From assembly GCA_946188345.1 (NCBI GenBank), contig CAMHUI010000005.1:25435-89434 (forward strand): 64,000 bases of DNA. The letters are read 5' to 3'. The notes under the pieces were generated by a model, which was not told the origin of the DNA, searched no databases, and was given only the letters and a program-made list of their open reading frames with translations. The DNA is from an uncultured Prevotellaceae bacterium (GTDB taxonomy: Bacteria; Bacteroidota; Bacteroidia; Bacteroidales; Bacteroidaceae). Below, in pieces: positions 49,376-60,224 of the stretch; the stretch's first letter is position 1; each line of letters opens with the position of its first letter. The translations under genes and the position numbers were made by a program.

Positions 49376-51541
49376 ATGAAACAAGTCAAAGCACTCTTAC
49401 TGTTAGCAGCCTTCGCCATAACGGCAACAGCCCACTCGCAGACGTTCCGCATCCAGACCGACCAGCGCGAGCTGGTACTCGCCGTAGGTCAAAACGGCCG
49501 GCTCTATCAGACCTACTTCGGCAAGCGGCTGGCCGACAGCGAAGATGTCAGCAGCTTCTCCTGGCTGACCAACAAAGGCAACGACAGCACCCCCGACCGC
49601 GGACTGGAGCCCATGGGCGGACTTGGTGGCGAGGATATGTTCGAACCTGCCCTCGGCATCATCCACAACGACGGACGGCAAGACACCTATTTATATTATA
49701 AGGAGTCAAGCGTGACCGAGGGCGATAACCCCGAGCACATCTTCACGCTGGCAGACAGACTCTATCCCGTAGAGGTGACCATCCACTACAAGGCCTATCG
49801 CAAGGAGAACATCATCGTCAGCTGGAGCGAAATCATACACCGCGAGAAGAAGCCTGTCGTCATGACCCACATGGCCAGCCCAATCCTGTTTATGAAACCT
49901 GCCAGCTACCAGCTCACCCACTACCACGGCGACTGGGCACGCGAAGGCCGACCGGAGACCACACAGCTCACCTTCGGAAAGAAGATACTCGACACACGCA
50001 TGGGCAGCCGGGCTGCCGAACAATGCGAGCCATTCTTCCAGCTTACCGACGGCACGACGACCATGCTGGGCACCATCGGATGGACAGGAAACTTCCGGCT
50101 GACTTTCGAAGTCGACAACGTCGGCGGACTGCGCATCGTCCCTGCCCTGAACCCCGTAGCTTCAGGCTATCAGCTCGAACCTGCCAAAGTATTCCGCACA
50201 CCCGACTTCATCGTCTCCTTGGCCAACGATGCCGACCAGGCCACCCGACAACTTCACGACTGGGCACGCCACTACCAGCTTAAAGACGGCATGGGCAACC
50301 GCATGACGCTGCTCAACAACTGGGAGAACACTGGCTTCAACTTCAACCAGCAGAGCCTCGCCACACTCATGCAGGAGGCCAAGGACTTAGGCGTTGACAT
50401 GTTCCTCTTGGACGACGGATGGTTCGGCAACAAGCATCCGCGCAACGATGACCATGCCGGACTGGGCGACTGGGAGGAGAACCACTCGAAGCTGCCCGAC
50501 GGTATTCCGGGGCTTCTTCGCGACGCACAGAAGGCCGGTGTGAAGTTCGGCATCTGGGTAGAGCCCGAAATGGTCAACCCACGCAGCGAGCTCTTCGAGA
50601 AACACCCAGAATGGGCTCTGCACTACCCCGACCGAGAGGTGACCTATCATCGCAACCAGCTCGTGCTCGACCTCTCGAACCCAAAGGTGCAAGACCATGT
50701 ATTCAACGTCGTCGACCGCATCATGCAGCAGACGTCCGACACACCATCGTCTGACACCCATGTGGCCTACTTCAAGTGGGATTGCAATGCGATGATTACC
50801 TCGCCCTACTCAGCCTATCTGAAAGACCGCCAGAGCAATCTATACATAGACCATGTGCGCGGACTCTATGCCGTGCTCGACCGTATCAAGGCAAAGTATC
50901 CGGAGGTGCCCATGATGCTCTGTTCGGGCGGTGGAGGCCGGTGCGACTATAAGGCTTTGGAGTACTTCACGGAGTTCTGGCCTTCTGACAACACCAATCC
51001 CTTCGAGCGGCTCTATATCCAGTGGACGATGTCGCAATTCTTCCCCGTCAAGGCCTTGGCAGCCCATGTCACGAACTGGAACCGGAAAGCCTCGATGAAG
51101 TTCCGCGTCGACGTGGCCTCGATGTGCAAGCTCGGCTTCGACATCAACCTGACCGACATGCCTGCCACCGACTATGCCTTCTGCCAGCAGGCAGTGAAGA
51201 ACTGGAACCGCATGAAGCCCGTCATCCTCGAAGGCGACATGTATCGGCTCATCTCTCCCTATGACACGCCCCACATGGCCGTCAACTACGTCTCGAAAGA
51301 CCGCAGCCAGGCCGTACTCTTCGTCTACAACCTCCATCCTCGGACAGGCGACCCACGTCCACGCGTCTGCCTGCAAGGGCTTGATTCAGATGCGCAATAC
51401 GAGGTTACAGAGACCAATCTGACGAACAACCGACAGCCATATTCCCACATCTATACGGGTTCCTATCTGATGGGAACTGGATTGGATGTCCTCGCTGCAT
51501 CAGAAGGTAGCAGCAGAGTATTCGAACTGAAGAAGAAATAG
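49376..51541 (+). CDS. Alpha-galactosidase, GH36
   Basis: NNWE, LDDGWFG, GIWVEPEMV, YFKWDCN, CSGGGGR, WPSDNT. Confidence 0.95.
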   Translation: MKQVKALLLLAAFAITATAHSQTFRIQTDQRELVLAVGQNGRLYQTYFGKRLADSEDVSSFSWLTNKGNDSTPDRGLEPMGGLGGEDMFEPALGIIHNDGRQDTYLYYKESSVTEGDNPEHIFTLADRLYPVEVTIHYKAYRKENIIVSWSEIIHREKKPVVMTHMASPILFMKPASYQLTHYHGDWAREGRPETTQLTFGKKILDTRMGSRAAEQCEPFFQLTDGTTTMLGTIGWTGNFRLTFEVDNVGGLRIVPALNPVASGYQLEPAKVFRTPDFIVSLANDADQATRQLHDWARHYQLKDGMGNRMTLLNNWENTGFNFNQQSLATLMQEAKDLGVDMFLLDDGWFGNKHPRNDDHAGLGDWEENHSKLPDGIPGLLRDAQKAGVKFGIWVEPEMVNPRSELFEKHPEWALHYPDREVTYHRNQLVLDLSNPKVQDHVFNVVDRIMQQTSDTPSSDTHVAYFKWDCNAMITSPYSAYLKDRQSNLYIDHVRGLYAVLDRIKAKYPEVPMMLCSGGGGRCDYKALEYFTEFWPSDNTNPFERLYIQWTMSQFFPVKALAAHVTNWNRKASMKFRVDVASMCKLGFDINLTDMPATDYAFCQQAVKNWNRMKPVILEGDMYRLISPYDTPHMAVNYVSKDRSQAVLFVYNLHPRTGDPRPRVCLQGLDSDAQYEVTETNLTNNRQPYSHIYTGSYLMGTGLDVLAASEGSSRVFELKKK

Positions 51542-51561
51542 CATATTGACATATGAGCAAC

Positions 51562-51590
51562 AAAAAGGGAAGCCCGACAGCTTCCCTTTT
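51562..51590. terminator. Bidirectional terminator
   Basis: AAAAAGGGAAGC-CCGACA-GCTTCCCTTTT. Confidence 0.8.
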
Positions 51591-54500
51591 ATAGTTTAAA
51601 CTTCGCCGTAGCTGTATTCTTGCCGTCGGCAGCTTTGCCAATGTATACTCCCTGCGGCAAGTGGAGCAGGTCAACATAGACGAAGTCGCTTCTGACGACA
51701 GTGGGCTGCACAGCGACCTGCTGTCCGCCGGCGGTATAGACGGCGATGGTGGCACGTGCAGCGTCGGGACCTGAGAGCGTGAGTCGTTGCGAAGCATAAG
51801 TGAGCGACCAAGGCACAGAAACGGCCTCGACGTTTTGGATGCCCGTGGGCGACTCTTTATAAAGGAGCTTGGTATAGGAGTCGAGTTGGTTGGCCTGTGC
51901 GATAGTGGGGCGATGCATGAGATACACCTGTCCTGCCCCGTCAGGATAGCGTCCGACAGTGCTGTTTCCGTCGTGTGCCGGATAGGCGAAGGTGTCTTCC
52001 CACGTCCCGTCGGCATCGCTGAGGGTGAGTGTGGCACCATCGTCGGAGAGCTTCATGTCGGCATGCGGCTGCGTGAGGGCTTCGCGGCGGTCGCACCAGA
52101 CGACAACATGCCCATAAGCAGGCAGTTCGCTGACGCCCTCGGGCAATAGCAACGGCTCGCCGCAAAGGCGCAGCGTGGCAAGGTCGACAGGTTGGGAGGT
52201 GGTGTTATAGAGTTCCACCCAGTCGCTGCGCTTGGTATAGTCGCTCACGTAGACACTATTCACGGCACTGACCTCGTTGATGCGCACAGGAGACAAGCCG
52301 CCTGCACCCTCGGCAAGGGGCTCAAAGCAGGCCGTCAGGTCGTATTCGTCCATAGTAATGAGGTGGAGCTGTTCTTTTTCAGAATAGATAGTACCATCTC
52401 CGCTGACATTGATATGGTCAAGGCGAATGGCGAAGCGGTCGGCTTCCACGGTGCCTCCGGGGAAGGCCACGGCGAGTACGTTTTTTCCTGAAACAAATGC
52501 CGAATAGGGAACGTCCCGACGGATTGTCTCCATCGTGTTGCCTTCATACCGCATCAGTTCGCTGCCGTTGACATAGAGGATGAAGGGCCGGTTGGCCTTC
52601 ATGGTGAGCCGGAACTGATCGATGTCGGATGGATGGAAGATAAACATGGAGTGACACCGCATGCGGCATGTGCCTTTCGGTATGGCCGTGGTAATGGCCC
52701 TCGGCCAACTGCTGACGGAGTAGTCGACGGCCGTCCAATCGGCATCGCCGGTGTCTGTGGTATCATACGACCAAAGGGCTGAAGCCTGGAAGCGTGTGGT
52801 CTGCTTGGTGGTGCTTCTTCTCCAGCCAACAAAGCGGAAACCAGGTGGCACGATGGCTCGGATGGCTGCAGGCCGGAAGAGGGTACCCGAGAAGCGGCCT
52901 CCCGAAGCTTCCTGACCGTTGATGGTGATATGGGCGCCTGGGGTTCCGTCGGTCGAGAGGTTCAGCTGGCGAGCGGTTGATTCTGTCAGTTGCATGGGCT
53001 TATAGCTTGCCATGACCTCTGGCATCCATGTAGCCCGCCCTTCGAGTTTGCTCTTGATGGTAGAGGCCATGCTTGAAGCGCTCTTCCCGTCGAAGGCCAA
53101 AGCCGGCTCCACATGCATGTAGAGGCTGTCTACAATATCGCAGCTGCGCTGATATTCAAACACGCTGCCGCCCATCAGACAGAACGACGTGGCAAACTGC
53201 TGGCGGAACTCCTTATTCTTCAAGAGATTGAGGAAGATGGTAACGATTTCAATCTCGGCTTTTATCTGGGGCTTTCCGTTGAAAAGCGTATTGAAGGTGT
53301 GCTGCTGCTCTTTCTCAAGATATTTGAACGGGCTGTCTTGCTCGAAGGCCGCATCAATGTCGAATGCCACAAGACGGAGCCTGCCGCCCTCGGTCTTGCG
53401 GTAGCCTTTCATATTGTTGTGCGGCCAGTCGCCTCGACCCAGGTAGAGACTCATTGCCATGTAGTTGATGAACTCGTCGATGTCGAGCCACTGCTTGATT
53501 TCTTCATAGACAGACTGAGTGGCGGCGCTCTTGGAGAGGTCGTAGAGGCGCTCGAAGCCTTCGCGTGTACCACACTGCTGAATATAGGCCGAGTCGCAGT
53601 TCATCTCGAAAACGTCAATCTCATCGGAGTCCCAACCTTGATTGGCATAGACGAAGTGCTTATTGGAGGGCTCTCGCAGGTTAATGAGGCCTTTATATTC
53701 ACCGTTGATGAAGTGATGCACGGGCTGGTAGGACTGCACATCGAGGTCGATGCCCGACTGCTGGATGATGGTGCCCAGGGCAGGGTCCTTCAGCATGCAC
53801 TTCTCGTCGTTGCCACCATTGCGCAGATGGAGCGTCCGGTTGCGCAGATAGGGCTTGGCCGAGAAGAACTGATAGGGATAGTCACGGTCGCCACCATACT
53901 CCTTGCGGCCTTTCAGCTTGAACGACTTCATGGCAGCACCGCGACTCCAGCCACCCACAATCTTCATATCGACATCCTTCGTGACACACTGCCGGCCTTG
54001 CGTGTCGAAGTAGCTCATGTTGACGGGCCGGTCCCACTCCATGTTCCAGTTGGCCTTCGTCCACTGGCCTGTGCCCGGTATGCCGTTGACTCCACGGGTA
54101 TAGATGCCGATGGAGTCGTCGTAGAGGAAGCGTGGGTCGCTGACAACGGACACAGTGGGCAGATAATAGGCTCTGTCGCGTTTCAGGTAGCTGCGCGTGG
54201 TGACGGCACTGGCCAAGGCTCCCTCACCATAGAGGCGGAAGCGCAACAGGGTGGTCTCGCCGAAGATGAGGTCCTCACCAGTGGCGCGATGGCCGTTGCT
54301 ACGAGTGGGCAGCGTCCCGTCGTAGGTATAGTAGAGCTCACAGCCCTCGGGGATGTCGACGCTGACGCTGACAGTCTCATCGAAGAATCCCGACTCAGGC
54401 ACTACCACAGGAGCCGCAAGCTGCCGATGGGCATAAGTGGCCGGTGCGTTGTCGGACTTGGGCGTAGGCCCCGACGTATAGGCCCACTCGCTGCCACCAT

Positions 54501-54945
54501 TGGTCGTCCGGGCCCACGAAGCCCGTTCTACCGACTCAGGATAAGTGGCCGAGCTGAGCAACCGGCCTTCGCTGTCGCTCAGATAGATGGTGCCGCCATC
54601 CATGTCAAGGTTGAAGGGCACCTGCGTAGCCGACAGCTGACGGTCGTCAAACCAGATGAGTCGATAGCCCTTGGCAGAGATAGTGCCCATGTTCTTCGGA
54701 GCCTTCCATTTGCGTAGGTTCGAAGCATCGTCGCTGAAGTAAACGCCCGAAAGGTCAGCCGACTTGCCGGTGGCATTATAGAGTTCCACCCAACCGTCGA
54801 AGTTCCACGTTGGACTCATGACATCGTCAACGTTGGCAGCCATAATCTCGTTGATGATATAGCGCTGGTCGGTGGTCTGGGCCGATAACCCAAAAGATAC
54901 CGCCAGACACATCAACGACAGGATATTTCTGAAAGAGATGCTCAT
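51589..54945 (-). CDS. CotH-kinase-family surface protein with lamin-tail and Ig-like domains and T9SS tail
   Basis: INEIMAAN..WVELYN (LTD, twice), YYTYDGTLP, LRNGGND, INGEYKGL, DWPHNN, C-terminal LPQGVYI. Confidence 0.88.
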   Translation of the reverse strand: MSISFRNILSLMCLAVSFGLSAQTTDQRYIINEIMAANVDDVMSPTWNFDGWVELYNATGKSADLSGVYFSDDASNLRKWKAPKNMGTISAKGYRLIWFDDRQLSATQVPFNLDMDGGTIYLSDSEGRLLSSATYPESVERASWARTTNGGSEWAYTSGPTPKSDNAPATYAHRQLAAPVVVPESGFFDETVSVSVDIPEGCELYYTYDGTLPTRSNGHRATGEDLIFGETTLLRFRLYGEGALASAVTTRSYLKRDRAYYLPTVSVVSDPRFLYDDSIGIYTRGVNGIPGTGQWTKANWNMEWDRPVNMSYFDTQGRQCVTKDVDMKIVGGWSRGAAMKSFKLKGRKEYGGDRDYPYQFFSAKPYLRNRTLHLRNGGNDEKCMLKDPALGTIIQQSGIDLDVQSYQPVHHFINGEYKGLINLREPSNKHFVYANQGWDSDEIDVFEMNCDSAYIQQCGTREGFERLYDLSKSAATQSVYEEIKQWLDIDEFINYMAMSLYLGRGDWPHNNMKGYRKTEGGRLRLVAFDIDAAFEQDSPFKYLEKEQQHTFNTLFNGKPQIKAEIEIVTIFLNLLKNKEFRQQFATSFCLMGGSVFEYQRSCDIVDSLYMHVEPALAFDGKSASSMASTIKSKLEGRATWMPEVMASYKPMQLTESTARQLNLSTDGTPGAHITINGQEASGGRFSGTLFRPAAIRAIVPPGFRFVGWRRSTTKQTTRFQASALWSYDTTDTGDADWTAVDYSVSSWPRAITTAIPKGTCRMRCHSMFIFHPSDIDQFRLTMKANRPFILYVNGSELMRYEGNTMETIRRDVPYSAFVSGKNVLAVAFPGGTVEADRFAIRLDHINVSGDGTIYSEKEQLHLITMDEYDLTACFEPLAEGAGGLSPVRINEVSAVNSVYVSDYTKRSDWVELYNTTSQPVDLATLRLCGEPLLLPEGVSELPAYGHVVVWCDRREALTQPHADMKLSDDGATLTLSDADGTWEDTFAYPAHDGNSTVGRYPDGAGQVYLMHRPTIAQANQLDSYTKLLYKESPTGIQNVEAVSVPWSLTYASQRLTLSGPDAARATIAVYTAGGQQVAVQPTVVRSDFVYVDLLHLPQGVYIGKAADGKNTATAKFKL

Positions 54946-55046
54946 TCGCCTCGTATAACTATTATTTTATATATTGACGATTGAGCTTCAATTCTACACT
55001 AATCGCCATCTCTGTATATTAAGACCAGAAAACAATCTTTGAGTCT

Positions 55047-55107
55047 TGCCATCTTGGCGTACTGGTGCGCCATTCTGTCACCCTGCGTCCGGCGGCACAG
55101 GATTTGA
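55047..55107 (+). promoter_or_regulatory. Putative sigma54-like promoter with two upstream palindromic boxes (clpB)
   Basis: TGCCAtctTGGCG at 55047 and CGCCAttcTGTCA at 55068; GGCACAGGATTTGA at 55094. Confidence 0.45.
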
Positions 55108-55160
55108 GGTTAGAGCGATGAAACACCTTAGATAATAATAAAAAGAAAGGAGGCCATAAT

Positions 55161-57668
55161 ATGACATTAGACAAATTCACCATCAAGGCGCAGGAGGCCG
55201 TTCAACAGGCGCTCCTTACCGCCCAACAGTACGGACAGCAGACCATTGAGCCCCTGCACCTGCTGGCCGGCATCATGGACAAAGGCAAGGACGTGTGCAC
55301 ATACATCTTTCAGAAGCTGGGCATCAACGCCCGCCAGATAGAAACACTGGTGCAGACGGAACTCCAGCACCTGCCACGTGTGCAGGGCGGCGAACCCTAT
55401 CTCTCCGGAGAAGCCAACCAGGTGCTCATGCAGGCCGTAACCACAGCCCAGCAGATGGGCGACGAATTCGTGAGCATAGAGCCCCTGCTACTGGCACTGC
55501 TCAACGTAAACTCTACTGCCAGCCGCATCCTGAAAGACGCCGGACTGACTGAGGCCGACATGAAGAAAGCTATTCAGGAACTGCGCCAGGGACAGAAGGT
55601 GCAGAGCCAGAGCGGCGACGAACAGTTTCAGGCCCTCTCGAAGTATGCCCGCAACCTCGTTGACGATGCCCGCCAAGGCAAGCTCGATCCCGTCATCGGC
55701 CGCGACGACGAGATACGCCGACTGCTGCAGATTCTCTCTCGACGCACAAAGAACAACCCCATCCTCATCGGCGAGCCAGGCACCGGAAAAACGGCCATCG
55801 TAGAAGGACTCGCCGAGCGTATCGTGCGCGGTGACGTGCCTGAGAACCTGAAGCACAAACAGCTCTTCTCGCTCGACATGGGTGCCTTGGTAGCAGGTGC
55901 CAAGTACAAGGGTGAGTTCGAGGAGCGTCTGAAGGCCGTCATCAAGGAGGTGACAGGCAGCGACGGCAACATCATCCTCTTCATCGACGAGATACATACG
56001 CTCGTCGGAGCCGGTGGCGGCGAGGGTGCCATGGATGCCGCCAACATCCTCAAACCCGCATTGGCACGAGGAGAGCTGCGCGCCATCGGTGCAACGACAT
56101 TGAACGAATACCAGAAATACTTCGAGAAAGACAAGGCGCTGGAGCGACGCTTCCAGACCGTCATGGTAGATGAGCCCGACGAGCTCTCGGCCATCTCGAT
56201 CCTGCGAGGTCTGAAGGAACGCTACGAGAACCACCACAAGGTACGTATACAGGACGATGCCTGCATCGCCGCCGTACAGCTTTCCGAGCGGTATATCTCC
56301 GAACGCTTCCTGCCCGACAAGGCCATCGACCTGATGGACGAGGCCGCTGCCAAGCTGCGTATGGAACGCGACAGCGTGCCCGAGGAGCTCGACGAAATAA
56401 CCCGTAAGCTGCGCCAATTAGAGATTGAGCGCGAGGCCATCAAGCGTGAGAACGACGAGACCAAGTTAGCCCAGCTGGACAAAGAGATTGCCGACCTGCG
56501 CGATCAGGAGCAGGCCTTCCGTGCCCGCTGGGAGCACGAACGCGAACTGGTGAACAAGATCCAGCAGGACAAGCAGCAGATGGAGCAGCTGCGTTTCGAG
56601 GCCGAGCGTGCCGAGCAGGAGGGCAACTACCAGCGCGTGGCCGAGATCCGCTACGGACAGCTGAAATCGCTACAGGACGACATCGACCAGGTGCAGGCAG
56701 AACTCAAGAGCGAAAAGGACAGCAACCGCATGGTACGTGAAGAAGTCACCGCCGACGACATCGCAGAAGTGGTAAGCCGCTGGACGGGCATCCCCGTTAG
56801 CCGTATGCTGCAGAGCGAGAAAGACAAGCTCTTGCACCTCGAAGAAGAGCTGCACCGCCGCGTCATCGGACAGGACGAAGCCATCCAGGCTGTCTCTGAT
56901 GCCGTGCGCCGTTCGAGAGCCGGCCTGCAAGACCCGAAACGGCCCATCGCCTCGTTCATCTTCCTCGGCACCACTGGCGTCGGCAAGACGGAGCTGGCCA
57001 AGGCCTTGGCTGAATACCTCTTCAACGACGAACAGATGATGACGCGCATCGACATGTCGGAGTATCAGGAGAAGCACACCGTGTCTCGACTCATCGGAGC
57101 ACCTCCGGGATACGTAGGCTACGACGAGGGCGGACAACTCACCGAGGCCGTCAGGCGCAAGCCATATCAGGTGTTGCTCTTCGACGAGATTGAGAAAGCC
57201 CATCCCGACGTGTTCAACATCCTGCTGCAGGTCCTCGACGACGGTCGGTTGACCGACAACAAGGGACGTACGGCTAACTTCAAGAACACCATCATCATCA
57301 TGACATCGAACGCCACGCGCGACCAGCTACGCATGGTCATGAGGCCTGAGTTCCTCAATCGTATCGACGACATCATCACTTTCCAACAACTGTCGAAGGA
57401 ACAGATTGGCGAAGTGGTAACGCTTCAGATGCAGCGCGTCAGCGACATGCTTGCCCCTCAGGGTTTCGCTCTGCAGTGGACACCGCAGGCCATCCAATAC
57501 CTGGCCGACATGGGCTACGACCCCGACATGGGAGCCCGCCCCGTGAAGCGAGCCATCCAGCGCTACGTGCTCAACGACCTGTCGCGGCGCCTACTCGCCG
57601 GAGACGTCCAACCGGATAAGCCCATCATCATCGATGAGTTCGGCGACGGCCTCGTCTTCAGGAACTAA
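55161..57668 (+). CDS. clpB: ATP-dependent chaperone ClpB
   Basis: Two AAA+ modules ([16 protein letters not shown]), M-domain coiled coil, GAPPGYVGY. Confidence 0.98.
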   Translation: MTLDKFTIKAQEAVQQALLTAQQYGQQTIEPLHLLAGIMDKGKDVCTYIFQKLGINARQIETLVQTELQHLPRVQGGEPYLSGEANQVLMQAVTTAQQMGDEFVSIEPLLLALLNVNSTASRILKDAGLTEADMKKAIQELRQGQKVQSQSGDEQFQALSKYARNLVDDARQGKLDPVIGRDDEIRRLLQILSRRTKNNPILIGEPGTGKTAIVEGLAERIVRGDVPENLKHKQLFSLDMGALVAGAKYKGEFEERLKAVIKEVTGSDGNIILFIDEIHTLVGAGGGEGAMDAANILKPALARGELRAIGATTLNEYQKYFEKDKALERRFQTVMVDEPDELSAISILRGLKERYENHHKVRIQDDACIAAVQLSERYISERFLPDKAIDLMDEAAAKLRMERDSVPEELDEITRKLRQLEIEREAIKRENDETKLAQLDKEIADLRDQEQAFRARWEHERELVNKIQQDKQQMEQLRFEAERAEQEGNYQRVAEIRYGQLKSLQDDIDQVQAELKSEKDSNRMVREEVTADDIAEVVSRWTGIPVSRMLQSEKDKLLHLEEELHRRVIGQDEAIQAVSDAVRRSRAGLQDPKRPIASFIFLGTTGVGKTELAKALAEYLFNDEQMMTRIDMSEYQEKHTVSRLIGAPPGYVGYDEGGQLTEAVRRKPYQVLLFDEIEKAHPDVFNILLQVLDDGRLTDNKGRTANFKNTIIIMTSNATRDQLRMVMRPEFLNRIDDIITFQQLSKEQIGEVVTLQMQRVSDMLAPQGFALQWTPQAIQYLADMGYDPDMGARPVKRAIQRYVLNDLSRRLLAGDVQPDKPIIIDEFGDGLVFRN

Positions 57669-57688
57669 CAAAAAAGACATGCCACAAT

Positions 57689-57722
57689 GAGGTCCCTCCC
57701 CAGAAAGGAGGGACCTTTTTTG
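57689..57722 (+). terminator. Intrinsic terminator
   Basis: AGGTCCCTCC...GGAGGGACCTTTTTT. Confidence 0.8.
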
Positions 57723-57800
57723 TTAATAATCATTAAGTATAGAAAATCCTTACAGATTATTTTTATTACCTTTGCAGCCGCAAATTTTACAACAAAACAA

Positions 57801-59120
57801 ATGACATTACGACAAGTGAGTGTGCTTGTCGCCATGACAATGGGCGCATTGTCGGCACAGGCACAGGGCAGAGACGGGAGCGTCTCGCTGACCCGGAAAT
57901 CATTGACCGTAGAAGAATTATTTAATCTTGTAGAAACAAACAGTAGTAGTCTTCAAGCTGCGAAGACGGGCGTACAATTTGCTGACCTCGGGGTCGCATC
58001 AGCCAAAACTGAGCGACTGCCAGATATCTCGACTTCTCTATCGGCCAGTTACAACGGCAATGTGCTCATCACGGACCGCAAATTCGGTGATGCGCATGGC
58101 TATCATGCGCCCCATTTTGGAAACTCCTTCGCCTTGGAAGCCCATCAGACCATTTACACCGGCGGAGCTCAGTCGGCTGCCATACGAATGGCAGAGATTG
58201 GCAGAGAGCAGGCTGCTGTGGGCGTCGACGAAACCCGTCGACAGCTGCGCTTTGCAGTCCTCGGACAATATCTCGACATCTTCACGTTGGGCAACAGCAT
58301 TCAGGTCTATAAGAGCAACATCGAGTTAACAGAACGGCTCATCAGCGACATACGGGAAAAGCACGCCCAAGGAATGGCCCTGCAGAACGACGTCACTCGC
58401 TACGAACTGCAGATGGAAACCCTGAAGTTAGGACTCCGTAAGCTGCAAGACCAGCAGTCCATCCTCAATCACCAACTCTGCACCACACTGGGATTAAAAG
58501 ACGTAAGCATACAAGCCGAAGTAAGGCCTACCCCTAACCCCTCGCCAGAGAAGGAGAGCCTAACCTGTCAAGCTCTTCCGCCATCATATCGTCTGGCCCA
58601 ACTCGACGTCGACCAGGCCAGGCAGCGCGAGCGCATGGCGAAGAGTGAACTATTGCCAAAGGTTGCACTCTTCGGAGTAGAACAGTTTGCCGGTCCATTC
58701 ACCTACGACATTCCACCTATCAACAAGAACGTAAACTTTTGGACGGTTGGTATAGGTATCAACTACAGCCTCAGTTCCCTCTTCAAGAGCAACAAGAAGG
58801 TCCGTCAGGCCCGCACTGATGTACAGCACCGTCAGCAGCTCGTCACCGTGGAGCAAGAGAGCATCAGCAATGCCCTTCAGTCTGCAGAGACGCTCTACAG
58901 ACAGGCTTTCGTAGAATGGCAGACGCAGCAAAAGAGTGTTGAACTGGCCGCCCAAAACTATCAGGTGGTCAGCGACCGTTACTTGAACCAGCTGGCCCTC
59001 ATCACCGACATGGTGGATGCATCCAACCTCAAGCTCAACGCCGAGCTACACGAAGTCAACGCCCGCATCGGCATCCTCTTCGCCTATTATAGAATAAAGT
59101 ATATCAGTGGAACTATCTAA
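57801..59120 (+). CDS. TolC-family outer membrane efflux protein
   Basis: Signal peptide and OEP repeats; first gene of the tolC-hlyD-MFS operon; promoter TAccTTTG at 57767. Confidence 0.9.
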   Translation: MTLRQVSVLVAMTMGALSAQAQGRDGSVSLTRKSLTVEELFNLVETNSSSLQAAKTGVQFADLGVASAKTERLPDISTSLSASYNGNVLITDRKFGDAHGYHAPHFGNSFALEAHQTIYTGGAQSAAIRMAEIGREQAAVGVDETRRQLRFAVLGQYLDIFTLGNSIQVYKSNIELTERLISDIREKHAQGMALQNDVTRYELQMETLKLGLRKLQDQQSILNHQLCTTLGLKDVSIQAEVRPTPNPSPEKESLTCQALPPSYRLAQLDVDQARQRERMAKSELLPKVALFGVEQFAGPFTYDIPPINKNVNFWTVGIGINYSLSSLFKSNKKVRQARTDVQHRQQLVTVEQESISNALQSAETLYRQAFVEWQTQQKSVELAAQNYQVVSDRYLNQLALITDMVDASNLKLNAELHEVNARIGILFAYYRIKYISGTI

Positions 59121-59127
59121 GAAACCT

Positions 59128-59171
59128 CTAGGAAATCCTAGATAGTCCTAGATAGTCCTAGATAATCCTAG
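59128..59171. repeat. 10-bp tandem repeat CTAGATAGTC (about 4.4 copies)
   Basis: Seen directly between tolC and the adaptor gene. Confidence 0.85.
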
Positions 59172-59189
59172 AAAAAAAGAAAAAAAACT

Positions 59190-60224
59190 ATGAACAAGAA
59201 AAACATCAAACGATTATACAATACAGCTGTCATTGCACTGCTGCTTCTGGCCATTGCCTATTGCTGCTCACACTTCATTCATTGGGGTAATATAGAATAC
59301 ACCGACAACGCTCAGGTGTGGCGCCACATCACTCCCGTCAACTCCCGAGTGCAGGGTTTCATTAAGGAAGTACGCTTCGAGGACTATCAGCATGTCCGTC
59401 GGGGCGACACGCTCGTCATTATCGACGACAGCGAATATCAACTCCAGCTGGCCCAGGCCGAGGCAGCCTTGAAAGGTTCCAAGTCGGGCTCACAGGCCGT
59501 CTCTGCCAGCATGACCACAACGCAGAGCAACGTCCGAGCAGCTTCTGCAGGTATCAATGAAGCCCGTATCAACATGGAGAATGCCCGTGCCGACTTCGAA
59601 CGCTATGAGGCCCTGCTGAAGAAAGAGGCCGTCACACGGCAGCAGTATGACAATGCCCAGGCTCGTTACGAAGCCGCCAAAGCCCGCTACGAGCAGGCCC
59701 AAGCCAGCCGGCAGTCTACTTCTTCCGTCCTGGGCGAACAGGCCGGCCGCCTCTCACAGACCCATGCCGGAACAAGCGTAGCCGAGGCACAGGTGAACCT
59801 TGCCCGGCTCAACCTCTCCTACACCGTCATCATCGCCACTTGCGACGGCGTCATGGGCCGCAAGGACATCCACGTCGGACAACTCGTGCAGCCTGGTCAG
59901 CAAGTAGCTCGGATTGTCGACGACAACGACGTGTGGGTCGTGGCCAACTACCGAGAGACGCAGATGAAGCACGTCCAACCCGGCAACCAGGTTACCTTCA
60001 CTGCCGACGCCATCCAGGGCATTACCTACGAGGGGGAAGTCGAAGCCATCGCCGGTGGCACAGGAGGAGCTTTCTCACAGATTCCCGTCGACAATGCCAC
60101 AGGTAACTTCGTCAAGGTGGAACAGCGCGTTCCCGTTCGCATACGCCTGACCGACGGTAACAAGGCCGAAGACATAAAGAAACTGCTGGCCGGACTGAAT
60201 GTTGAAGTAGAGGTGAGATACTGA
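59190..60224 (+). CDS. HlyD/EmrA-family periplasmic adaptor
   Basis: TDNAQV, LSYTVIIA, DNATGNFVKVEQRVPV. Confidence 0.93.
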   Translation: MNKKNIKRLYNTAVIALLLLAIAYCCSHFIHWGNIEYTDNAQVWRHITPVNSRVQGFIKEVRFEDYQHVRRGDTLVIIDDSEYQLQLAQAEAALKGSKSGSQAVSASMTTTQSNVRAASAGINEARINMENARADFERYEALLKKEAVTRQQYDNAQARYEAAKARYEQAQASRQSTSSVLGEQAGRLSQTHAGTSVAEAQVNLARLNLSYTVIIATCDGVMGRKDIHVGQLVQPGQQVARIVDDNDVWVVANYRETQMKHVQPGNQVTFTADAIQGITYEGEVEAIAGGTGGAFSQIPVDNATGNFVKVEQRVPVRIRLTDGNKAEDIKKLLAGLNVEVEVRY

